Below are positions 1-10,500 of a DNA stretch of 64,000 nt, piece after piece. Source of the stretch: a virus. The notes below the pieces were generated by a model that searched no databases, was not told the DNA's origin, and saw nothing but the letters and a program-made list of their open reading frames with translations. The translations under genes were made by a program, and so were the position numbers. The stretch spans positions 32,001 through 96,000 of IMG/VR virus record IMGVR_UViG_3300020401_000014. One strand, given 5' to 3'. Every line of letters begins with the position of its first letter. The stretch's first letter is position 1.

Positions 1-194
1 ACACTATTAATGTCCAAACCGTCTTCGGCATCGCCTTCTTCGCTAGACTCTTTCTCTACTGGCCTTACTCTCTTTGTTGTTTTAACGCTTGCGCTGCTTC
101 CCATAAGCGGCTCACCGCAACTATTGCAGAAGTTAGGGGCGCGCATTGTATAAATATTTTTATGCCCGCATGACTTGCAGTAATGATATAACAT
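1..194 (-). CDS. zinc-ribbon protein (runs off the window edge)
   Basis: Manual translation MLYHYCKSCGHKNIYTMRAPNFCNSCGEPL shows two CxxC pairs; not in the ORF track. Confidence 0.6.
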   Translation of the reverse strand, partial: MLYHYCKSCGHKNIYTMRAPNFCNSCGEPLMGSSASVKTTKRVRPVEKESSEEGDAEDGLDINS

Positions 195-230
195 ATATTT
201 TATTATGCTTAGTTTATATTAAAATATCAA

Positions 231-824
231 CTAACACAAATAACCGCTAATCGCACGGGCCTGCATTCTCATAAATTTATCAAACTTTATATCTTTACAG
301 GAGACTTCAAATTTTTGCTTTTTAACCAAAAACTCTATCCCCAATATGCCAATTACTTTTCCATTTAAAGTTTTGATTGGGACGTTGTATATTGACTGAA
401 CGCCTTTTGATTTAAGCAGAGATTTAAATGCCTGGTCCTTTATATTGTCGGTATTTAAAGAATGAAAAACCCCATTAGATATTAATTCAGATATATAACT
501 TGTATAGTTTGAAATTCTATGCCCCTGAGAATTCAAAGACTCTGCACTAACCCCAGCCCTAACACACTCATAGGTGCAGCTAAATTTTTGCTGGCCTCTT
601 CCTGAAAAAAAATGTTCGCCATTATGAAACTCAAAAACATACGCCCTGGCGCAGTGGGTCTGAGATTGAATATATTCTAGCGCTTTATATATATTAATTC
701 CGGAGATCGTTGCAGATTCAAGCGTATTTTTTCTTTTATAATCAAATTTACTTTTTAGCCACACGGCCAAAACAGCACCAACCGCAGAGATCATCGAGGC
801 AATTATTATAGCAACATTTTCCAT
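231..824 (-). CDS. N-terminal TM plus GAF-like domain protein (T4 holin T-like architecture)
   Basis: Single N-terminal TM (VAIIIASMISAVGAVLAVWL), then YVFEFHNG..F...KFSCTYE GAF-like core; ATG at 824 preferred over GTG 839. Confidence 0.45.
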   Translation of the reverse strand: MENVAIIIASMISAVGAVLAVWLKSKFDYKRKNTLESATISGINIYKALEYIQSQTHCARAYVFEFHNGEHFFSGRGQQKFSCTYECVRAGVSAESLNSQGHRISNYTSYISELISNGVFHSLNTDNIKDQAFKSLLKSKGVQSIYNVPIKTLNGKVIGILGIEFLVKKQKFEVSCKDIKFDKFMRMQARAISGYLC

Positions 825-825
825 A

Positions 826-1113
826 TTACTTTTGTACACCTTTTGTTGACTTGCGGAGCATAAAAGAACAAGCGCCAGTAGATATTACAACCATTATTAA
901 TATTAAAAACAATCCCCATGCTGGACTAGTAGTATTTACTTGATTAGTTATTGCATCAAATTCTGATGGATCAATAGATCCATTTTTATCTAAATCTACT
1001 GCTTTGAATGATATAGAATTTATTTTGTGATTAACCGCCCCAGATTTAAAAATTTTAGGCGAAGACATACATCCGCAAATTAAAAATAGAAATATAATTG
1101 CTACAATTTTCAT
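826..1113 (-). CDS. EF-hand lipoprotein with C-terminal TM
   Basis: Lipobox-like LICGC, canonical EF loop DLDKNGSIDPSE, C-terminal hydrophobic helix. Confidence 0.55.
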   Translation of the reverse strand: MKIVAIIFLFLICGCMSSPKIFKSGAVNHKINSISFKAVDLDKNGSIDPSEFDAITNQVNTTSPAWGLFLILIMVVISTGACSFMLRKSTKGVQK

Positions 1114-1547
1114 CTTCTTTTACTAGGGATTGCATAAAAACCAATGACCATAAAACATAAGTCCATAAAAGACGAAAGCATAAGACCGCCTGTCAGTTGA
1201 ACGACGTGAAAATCTGTGCCCCCAAAAAACCAAGAAAATATCCCCCATTTAGCTCCATCTCCCATAGGAACAACCAGGTCATACTTTATATCTGGATTGT
1301 GCGCATAGTAAATCATAAGATAACAAAGAGTAAACGTTAAAGACATAAATAAAACTCTTCTTGTAACTTTAACAAAAGGATCGGAAGCGCTAGCTTTTTG
1401 ACTTGCAACCATTGCTTCCATCATTTCTTTATCTCTTGCAGCAAGCGCGAGCTGGTCTTGTCTTTTTTGTTCAAGCCAAGCATTAACTAAGTTTGCGCCA
1501 ATTTTTATCCCTGCGCCAAGAATAGTATTTAATATTGGGCCCATCAT
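1110..1547 (-). CDS. holin-like membrane protein (3TM holin-like)
   Basis: Amphipathic N-terminus, two hydrophobic segments, basic C-terminus (KRR), MM start. Confidence 0.45.
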   Translation of the reverse strand: MMGPILNTILGAGIKIGANLVNAWLEQKRQDQLALAARDKEMMEAMVASQKASASDPFVKVTRRVLFMSLTFTLCYLMIYYAHNPDIKYDLVVPMGDGAKWGIFSWFFGGTDFHVVQLTGGLMLSSFMDLCFMVIGFYAIPSKRR

Positions 1548-1732
1548 TTCTTTGAATTTTTACCTAAGTCTGCCATGCCTTGACCAACAACATAAGCCAG
1601 CATCGGCGTCATCATTGTGGTCACGGCCTCATGGTCTATATTTAGGCCCAGTATTTCGTTGCATAAAGGTATTGCGACAGCTATACAAGCTGCCCAAAAC
1701 TTTTTGCTTTTCCAGAATTGTTTTTCTTCCAT
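1544..1732 (-). CDS. small holin-like protein
   Basis: 62 aa, KSKKFW motif, two TMs, AYVVGQG..D motif, basic tail. Confidence 0.55.
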   Translation of the reverse strand: MEEKQFWKSKKFWAACIAVAIPLCNEILGLNIDHEAVTTMMTPMLAYVVGQGMADLGKNSKK

Positions 1733-1733
1733 T

Positions 1734-2864
1734 TTATTCCCCCTTTATTTCTTGTTCGTATTTCTGCTCCCAGTTAACTTCTTTATCTGTACTGCATTTA
1801 GAAAATGATAATGCACTAATTCCAGCAAGGATCAATGCGCCTATTCCAATAACTATTTTTGAACGTTTTTCAGAATCTTTTTTTGGTTTTGGTTCAGGTT
1901 TTGGAGCGGGCTTTGGCTTGGGTTCCGGCTCTGGATAAGGATGCGGAATTTCCGGTTCAGATTCAATTAGTTTTTCAACGTCTATTACACCGTATCCCCA
2001 CGCATTATCTTTACCCAACCTACCTTTATCCATAGTATATTTGAGCAAGTGTTCTCTAATTTGAGCCACCGTCTTGCAGTCATTTTGCCCCGTTTCTTTT
2101 TCTTGCTTTTTATGCTTTGCGAGCATCAAAGCAACCACTCCAGCGATAAATGGGCAGGCCATTGACGTGCCATTTAAACTGGCATAAGTATTATTTAAAA
2201 AAGTGCTGTATATATTTACTCCTGGCGCAGCCCATTCAACTTTTTCTCCTCTTGAAGAAAAGTTAGCTATTTGTCCGTTTTTATCATGTGCTGCAACAGC
2301 AATTGTTTCATCAAAAGCTGCAGGCCAGTTTACTCCTCCTTGCCCAGTGTTTCCCGCAGCGCAAATTACAGGAATATTCATATCATATAGTTTTTTAATT
2401 TTAGATTGCAATATTGGACTTGGACCGGAACCGCCCAAGCTCATGGAGACTATGTCGGGTTTTGTCCTTATTGCGTAATCTAAAGATTTTGCAAGCCCCA
2501 AATAGCTGCCTCCTCCAGACTTTGACAAGGCTTTAACGCATACAGCTTTTGCCTTCGGCGCCACGCCCACCATGCCAATTCCATTATTCTTAGCGCAAAT
2601 TATGCCAACACAATGGGTCTGATGTCCGTTTTCATCTTCCAATGGCTCACCTGGAATAAAATTTTCTCCAGGTATAGCATTTTCTTCTATATCTATATGG
2701 CTAGGAAAACCGGTATCTATAACCATAACTGTGATACCTTCTCCTTGTGTTACCTTCCAGGTTTCTGGAACATTAGACTGTCGCAAACCCCAATCTACAA
2801 GCTGACTTAATGAGCCTACGGTCTCATTAACTTCAATTTTTGGTAAATAAGTATTTTCACTCAT
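1734..2864 (-). CDS. subtilisin-family (S8) serine protease with Pro-rich linker and C-terminal TM
   Basis: Catalytic motifs VIDTG, HQTHCVG, AAGN, GTSMACP; (PEP/K)n linker; TM IVIGIGALILAGISALSF. Confidence 0.92.
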   Translation of the reverse strand: MSENTYLPKIEVNETVGSLSQLVDWGLRQSNVPETWKVTQGEGITVMVIDTGFPSHIDIEENAIPGENFIPGEPLEDENGHQTHCVGIICAKNNGIGMVGVAPKAKAVCVKALSKSGGGSYLGLAKSLDYAIRTKPDIVSMSLGGSGPSPILQSKIKKLYDMNIPVICAAGNTGQGGVNWPAAFDETIAVAAHDKNGQIANFSSRGEKVEWAAPGVNIYSTFLNNTYASLNGTSMACPFIAGVVALMLAKHKKQEKETGQNDCKTVAQIREHLLKYTMDKGRLGKDNAWGYGVIDVEKLIESEPEIPHPYPEPEPKPKPAPKPEPKPKKDSEKRSKIVIGIGALILAGISALSFSKCSTDKEVNWEQKYEQEIKGE

Positions 2865-2872
2865 AAAACAAG

Positions 2873-3595
2873 TTACACTTTTCTTGCGTCTAGCTTTCCA
2901 ATAATATATTTTAAGATCTCGCTCCTAAGTATATCTTCTTTGCCAAATTTAAAGCAATGAATGCCCATATCAATACTTTGCTTATCGTTAAATAGATCGA
3001 ACATTGGAGCAAATCCGCTCTTACCATTTATGTCGCTCTGCATAAAATCACCGCAAACAAAAAGCTTGCAATTATTTCCTATTCTTGTAATTAATGTAGT
3101 AAGCTCTCTGTAAGTAAAATTTTGCGCCTCATCGGCAACCACAATTTTATCTATCCAGCTTGACCCCCTTAAATAGTTTATAGGCATAGCGGAGATTCTT
3201 CCGCTATCCAGCATTTCCTTTTTAGCTGTATTGGTTCTTGGAAGCATTTCATATAATTTATCTTCTAACGGCGCCATATAAGGATTCAACTTTTCATCTA
3301 TGCCTCCAGGAAGTGCCCCAAGCCCTTTGTCTGCACTTTCGATCGCAGTTCTGACATAAAGCAGATCTAATTCTTCAAAAGCGCTCAATAGCCTAAGAGC
3401 GGAATAAACAGCCATATATGTTTTAGTCGAACCCGCAGGCCCTGCAATAAACATTATTTTTGTTTCTTCATTGAAAGCTAGAGATAAAAACCTTTTCTGT
3501 TTTTCTGTTAATTTTAATGAATTAACAGGAATATTTTGTTTAAGTTGCGGGATTTCAAAATCTGAAATATCTCTGTTGGACTTTTTAGTAGTCAT
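2873..3595 (-). CDS. phoH: PhoH-family ATPase
   Basis: GPAGSTKT Walker A, YLRG, VADEAQN, GDFMQSDI, DILRSE. Confidence 0.92.
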   Translation of the reverse strand: MTTKKSNRDISDFEIPQLKQNIPVNSLKLTEKQKRFLSLAFNEETKIMFIAGPAGSTKTYMAVYSALRLLSAFEELDLLYVRTAIESADKGLGALPGGIDEKLNPYMAPLEDKLYEMLPRTNTAKKEMLDSGRISAMPINYLRGSSWIDKIVVADEAQNFTYRELTTLITRIGNNCKLFVCGDFMQSDINGKSGFAPMFDLFNDKQSIDMGIHCFKFGKEDILRSEILKYIIGKLDARKV

Positions 3596-3643
3596 ACTAT
3601 AATATATAGTTACACAAACAATATGTGTATATTATAATATGTA

Positions 3644-3844
3644 ATGAAAAATAACGTCGCAATATTAAAACTTTTAAGCAAAAGCTTGAATGGTTACGAA
3701 TCCACGTGTTGGCTGAAAGCAGAAAATGAGCTGCTTGACGGTAAAAGCCCTGCGGAATATATGATAGAAGGTAAAACTTCTGATGTAGAAAAAATACTTC
3801 CCGCAGAAATTAAAAGAATAAAATCTAAGAAGAAAACCAACTAG
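3644..3844 (+). CDS. Xre/MbcA/ParS antitoxin C-terminal toxin-binding domain (DUF2384-like), stand-alone
   Basis: WLKAENELLDGKSPAEYMIEG matches the W...PN..L.G..P..L pattern. Confidence 0.7.
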   Translation: MKNNVAILKLLSKSLNGYESTCWLKAENELLDGKSPAEYMIEGKTSDVEKILPAEIKRIKSKKKTN

Positions 3845-4559
3845 GCTTAGGCATCAACTCTCTTGGCCATGTCACAGAAGCCAACGATGAAAGGTTTTCT
3901 ATTTTTGTGCCAGAACACCTTTTAATTGAATTAACTAATTTTTTCTTATCGTTAATTGGCATTGATTTATCTGACTTGATTTCTTGAACAGATAGCTCAA
4001 TATATACTTCAATAATTTTCTTCCATTGTTCTTGTGGCGATTCTCCTTTGCCGATGTAGTCTAGAAACATCTCTTCAATTGGAACTTTATAAAAAATTTC
4101 GCTACATAATAAATCGTCGATGATCTGATTAATTTTATTTTTAGCACAGGCATACTCTATTCCAGTAAAAAATTCTATTAAATTTTTTTTAGACTCAAAA
4201 CTTATTTTTTTTGCAGAACCTCTAGACAGAGGGTTTTTATCTTCCGGGAAAGAGTTTTTTATTTCTTGAACAAACTCAGGGGTGGGCTGCGCCTCTCCAT
4301 ATACTATTTGCCCAGATTTAACTCCATCAGGGGAATCAAATGAAGCCTCTAATATGCGCGTTTCATCTTTTATAATTATTTTTTTATTTCTATAAATTTC
4401 AAAACACTCAAAATGAAATGCGGGCTTATATATAATATTATGATCTCCAATAAATCGACCATGATTACAAAATAAACCCCTTGTAATAAAACCTCCTTCA
4501 GAGAAATATTTTAATTTAACTACATTATTACAAACTGCACCATACAATACATCATCCAT
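3825..4559 (-). CDS. hypothetical protein
   Basis: 244-aa ORF directly downstream of and co-oriented with the giant gene. Confidence 0.75.
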   Translation of the reverse strand: MDDVLYGAVCNNVVKLKYFSEGGFITRGLFCNHGRFIGDHNIIYKPAFHFECFEIYRNKKIIIKDETRILEASFDSPDGVKSGQIVYGEAQPTPEFVQEIKNSFPEDKNPLSRGSAKKISFESKKNLIEFFTGIEYACAKNKINQIIDDLLCSEIFYKVPIEEMFLDYIGKGESPQEQWKKIIEVYIELSVQEIKSDKSMPINDKKKLVNSIKRCSGTKIENLSSLASVTWPRELMPKPSWFSS

Positions 4560-4577
4560 AATATTATTATTTATATT

Positions 4578-7500
4578 TTATTGTGCAATATCAATTTCTA
4601 TATTTGTGTTGTGCCAATCTTTAATATTGATCATTGACCCAAGTAATGCTAATGCAAGCCCTCCGTTTTTGACTTTTAATATACCCGGAAACTTATTGTC
4701 TATTTCTGACTTCCACTTTTCTATTACCCCATGTATTCTAGCAAGACATTGATGGTGTTTTTTACCGCCAATATATATAACATCATGCTCAATCCATTTA
4801 TCCATACTTCTGTTTACTGACCCATCATCATTTTTATAAATGTCTGGATAACACTCCACTCCCCATTCGAATAAATCATTATCGCTAAGCCCTGCGTTTT
4901 GCGCTGCAGATCTAGCCAAATCTTCAGAAGAGTACTCTCCAGCAACACTTTCTTGAAGCCAATTCCTTCCAGCAATCCACTTACATTTTCTAGCATCATA
5001 CCAAACATAATCTAGACCCTCTCGCTTTTTGGCTAAATTTATTATATGTTTTTCTGCTAGAAGTTTTGCTTGATCTTTGCTAATTTGATGGTGTTTATGA
5101 TGTAATCCTACCTGAAAAGTCGTTGCAAGTGAGGTGGTATTATGTGACTCAGAATCTGTATAAGATTTATTTATTTTATTAGAATATGTATCCTTAAAAA
5201 TATCAAAATAATCAGACATTGCGATTCCTGCAAATCCGCCTTCAAGAACGTATGCATATTTATCGCTAGATGTATCAGATGGATTAATAAAACCTTGATG
5301 CCTGTATGTGGTCCCAGAGTCAATATAATTCATAGACTGATTATTTACATTTGTCTCCATGGACCATATCTTTCTAAGTTCAAAGCGCAAGTGCCTACGG
5401 TTTCTAATAGCGTGCGCAAAGTCTTCAAAGTAATTAAATTTTTTGTCGCTAACCAAAGCAAGTTTTCCGTCTGCAGATTGACTGTAAACATCCTCGCTTT
5501 GTATGGATACCGAATTAGCATAAATATCACCAAGAAACTCCATGTAATCATTTTTTCCTAAAAATGGAAACCTGACATCATTATTGCCATGCATACTCAC
5601 AACGTCCCAACTCTGAAGGCAAACGTAAAGTCCTCCCAAAACCAAGTAAACTTTACCCTTTACAAATTCAAAGTTAGACCTAAATTCGCCACCTCGATAA
5701 TATAACTCTGGTCCATATAAAACCGCACTCACAACTAAATTACCTGCGGAATTTGTATACTTATATAAAATTTGTGAATGATCTTTTTCTTCTTTGGTTA
5801 GCAACAAACCAGTACTTTCGACATGCATTTTATTTCTATTCGGCAAATAAAAAGCGCCATTAGGCACTTGAATTATGTCGTCTTGTTTTGTAAAACTTAA
5901 GTCCCCGCTAGCATCGATCGAATACAAACTAATAGCAGAATCATTTTTCCATGTAGATATATTCGATTCAGTCATTGTGTTCTCGCAATATACATTCGAT
6001 ATACCAGTAGGAGATCGATCAATATAATAATTTTCTTTTAACTGGTTGTAATAATCTGTAGAAAATTTAGGCGAACAATAAAAATCTTGATTTATCTCTC
6101 TTCCCCAAATATCTGTAGAAGCATCAGATCCTTTTGTAAAATTAGAAAATCCAAAATTATGCATTTCTGAAACAGCCTCCATATAGTCGGTAACTTGACC
6201 AAACGGATTTGGAAAAGCAGGTTTAGGAAATTTATATTTTACGTTTTTGACGGCTTGCAATGTTGGCGAAGTTTGCACCATGTCTCTTACATGGTAAAAA
6301 ATCTCAATAGGTATATTGTTTGCTATTTCTTCTGGGTCAGTTAAGACATTACCGCTTTCGTCTAAAATGCTTTCAACTCCATTAGCGTCAATTTGATTTT
6401 TCATTGCTTGAATCTGTGCGGATGTTCTTACTGCAAATCTAGGATTCACGCTGATTTTGGTTCCGTTAGCAAAAGTATATTCATAGTTTTGAATATAATT
6501 TGGAATGTTAGTGGGCACTCGGAAGTTAAAAATCCAAAACACTGGAGAATCATCTGGCTGGGTATTATCGCCTGCTGGAATTTCAGATTTGCTTTTCCTT
6601 TCATAACCAGAATCTCCCGTAGCATTTGTATGATATTCATCATAGTAACCAAGTACGTGATAAAATCTACCGAGAGAGTGCATATAATGAAATTTTTGTT
6701 GAGAAAAACCTGAATATCCTTGGAAATTAGACCAATAATTATCGAAGTATGAATTGTAAGCTGCTGACTGCGCCTGACTTTTTACTGCATACCAAAATGG
6801 ATAGTCTATACCTTTTATGTTTTTCGCTTGAGCAGATAAAGGTTCTGCCCGAGTATTTTCAGCCTCAACAATTGGATGCGTTTCATGCGGCATCAAGTCT
6901 GCAGGGGTCTCGTTATTTTGATTTGCTTTATTCCATTCAGCTCTATCAAAAAGATCAAAGTCCTTGATTTTATGAAAGTTAGTTAAATCGCTTTTTCTAG
7001 CAAAAGAAAAATCTATTTGCGAATGACCAATTGTTTGTTGCGGAATATACTCTTGCCGTAAATACGGATCTCCATCGACAATACTGTTTGAATTTAATTT
7101 TGCAGAAGTTACCTGGTGTGCGGTTCCAATTTGAGAACGAAATCTATGCAGTTCTTCGGGCTCAATTGCATTCCACCCGTTTTCATCAATGCCTGCATCT
7201 CTGGAATTGGACACAACAGGCTCTAAAGAATTAGAATTTACTGTAGAAACAAAACAAAAACCCTTATGAAAAACTCTTTCGCCGATATTATACTCAGACT
7301 TACTAACTATCTTATCAGATTCAAACCCATACCCCCATCTAGGAATGCTTTCCCCGAAAGGCAGTGAAGCCGGGTCCAGCATATAAGATCCAAGCAGAAA
7401 TTTATCGTGAGAATTTAAATCAAAAATTGTTAATTCTTTAAAAGCATCCGTTAGGCCTGAAAAGTCATCTTCGTTAATTTGCGAAGAAAACCATTCATCC

Positions 7501-10500
7501 CAAATACTATCTTCAAAGTTCGAAGGGTTGAGTATTTGCGAATCATTTAAAAAGCCTGCCAGCATGTTACTGTTAACATTACCCCCATAAATGTTGTCGA
7601 AATTTTTCATATCATAAGTGGTTAATGATGTAAAAACAGACCAATTCTCTTGCTTTGCAGCGTATTGAATAAAATTATTACTTTCTGACCACGGATTGTA
7701 ATATTGAGTATTATCTCTATTTTGCCAAGGCGCCGCAGATTCTGAAATGTGTGGTTTTGCCTCGAAATGAGTTTTATCGCTTAAAGGAAAAGTATTGGAA
7801 TTTTCAACTCCGTAATAATTTTCCATAAACGTAAACTCAGAAAAGGCTTGGTGATCTTGAATAGAGGTATCAATATTTTTTGAGTATTTTAGTTTTTTAG
7901 ATACATCTTTAACCAAATCCCACCAGCTTAATAATCCCTTTACAGGAGTCCTCAATGCTGCGGGAATTAGCGCTGGGTATTCCGTCGAATGCTCAAAATT
8001 TAACCAAGAGTAAACATTATCCCTTAAAGACTCTAAACCGGTTTTGTGGCCATATGGATTAGAAGAAAAATCTATAAGCCCAATATCTAACCTATCAATA
8101 CCTGCATAATTTGCTGGAGTATAATGTCCTATCACAAACCTTTGCGTAAGTGGGGTTGCATATTTGGCGCCTAATCCTTGCATAAAAGATGGAGCAAATG
8201 GATCTAAAACTGGCCAAGAGTAATATAATTCTCCGTTAAATAGAGTGTTCTTACGACCGAAACTAGAACTATTGGACAGCTCCCTGTCTAAAATTCTTCC
8301 GGTTGGTGCGTGAGAACTAACATGAGGCTTCCAGTTATTCGCGAGCAATTGAAAATCAGCGAAATTTAAAGATCCATATACGGTATTTTGTGAAACAAAA
8401 TTCAAATTAGAATAATCCCCTATATCCATATTAGTCGCGGCCTCAATCTCGGTTTGCCTTAAAGTTCCAGTTAACTGCTCCCATCTATTTGTATCATCTG
8501 CTGGACTTTGACTGTTGAACGCTTCTCCTGCAATTTCTACTTTTGCCCGATAAACTTGCCCTTCATCGAAAACGTATTCTCCTTCATTGTAATCATAGCC
8601 CCCAGACCAAGTTTGCCCCACAAATGCCTGCGAAGAGTTCTCGAAAGCAAAAAGATATCTTCCTCGGGCTCTATTAAAACCTAAAAAGTCAACGCAATTT
8701 AAGCTTCTTCCGCCGGAAATTGTTTGATTAAATTCAACGCCAACAGGGTCTGGATGAACCCAATCTCTGACAAAACCCTGCTGTAAATCAAGATAAAGAC
8801 TAGAAACATGAAATGGATTTTGAAGCCGAACTGCATTGGTCAAATCGTAATTAAAAGCTTTCACGCCAGCATGCTTTCTTATTATATTTTGACTTTCTGG
8901 AGATCTTACGCCCAACTCAGATCCCCTTTCGTTTGCGATTAATGCAGAATTATCTTTTAATCCAGACATTACGCCTCCAGTACCTGAAGTATATCCGAAA
9001 TTATAACCCCTAATATTTAATTTATTATTTGAATCAACATATATCATCGATGAAAAACTAAACAAATTTAATTTTTCTACAATAGTTTGTATTATATTTT
9101 TATTTTGTAAATCTGACACTTCCTCCCAATACAGCTCACTTCCTGCTTGCCCTGGAATGAAAACCATATTATCTTCAGTAAACGAAGACTGCCAATTTCG
9201 GCACCTTCTGTTTTTCATAAACAGGCTATTTACTTCGTTAGAAAAATTATCTGCTCCATTATTCTGTATACATTTGTATATTTTATTTTCATATGTTACA
9301 AGGGACGGAACTGTAGACTCGAATGCACTAGGTAAAGCATTAAATTTTATAGCACTATCTCTTCCAGAAGATAACTCCGGTCTTTCGGTTTGTATATATG
9401 TTTCAGTTTCTGCGTCATAAATTTGACCGCTTTTAATATGGGCTTGATAATTTTTTGCAGAGTCATATGGCTCAATAAAACTGTTTATTTCAGGAGTATT
9501 ATAAGTATGGCTAGTATATTGACCAACCCTGGAATTTAATGAAATTCTTGACTCGCTCATTTCTTTATATTTTTCTCCTTTTAAATAAAATTTATTTTTA
9601 AACTTTTGAGATAAAAATCTTTCCATAAACCAATCTTCTTTATCCCAAAAATCTACAGATTCAACAAATACAGTTTTGGCTTTAATTTCCGTGCCATCGT
9701 TATCTAAAATTAATGCTGGAGCACCAAGTTCTTGATAGTTTTCGAAGTAAGGATTAAGCCCGACCCCACCTGCCCTGTAAGATTTACCTCCAGATATAAA
9801 TGAAACGCAATCGCCCACTTTACTCATAAACGTAACACCATCAGCTATAAAACTCGGACCCTCAAGAAACTCAGACCGAAAACCAAACACTGTACCAAGC
9901 GGATTATCAGAGAGATACTCTCCTTTTTTGCTGCAAGAAATTTCATTATTTCCAATACCATATAAATTATTAGAAGAATCTAAAAATATACTGCCTTTTC
10001 CAGAAGCGTCAATTGCGGAAATTCTTACATTCTGTACAGCAGAAACGCTTTCAAAATTAAATATTTGGTGCGGATTTAAATAACAACGATCTGTTATGAA
10101 AAAACTATCTCCATAAGAATATCTGTGTTGAGACTTCATTCCTTTTGTATGATGAATTAAATCTTTTTTGCCTGCGAATATTATTACGTTATAAAATGAA
10201 TTATCGAATGGAGGGCTAGATGAATATCCAGGAGCCCATTCTCTTTCAAACATTTCACCGATAGTTCTAGCGCACACAACTTCACTAGACATTGCGTACC
10301 TATTAGAATTTTCAAAAGTAGCTTCCATTTCTGTCCAAAATCCAAGATCAAGCCACTTGCTACCAATAACTTTATCAGTTACTTTTACATTTGTGTTTCC
10401 TTGTGGAAGATATAGAATAGAAAAGAACGTTTCGTTTCTAACAAATACTTTATCTCCCACTGAATAGGTTGAGCTTTGTTTCCATGCGTTTACGGGCCAG

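Noticed and set aside
1552-2810. Plus-strand ORFs overlapping the S8 protease
   Set aside because: Antisense shadows; the Gly-rich run mirrors the PEPK linker
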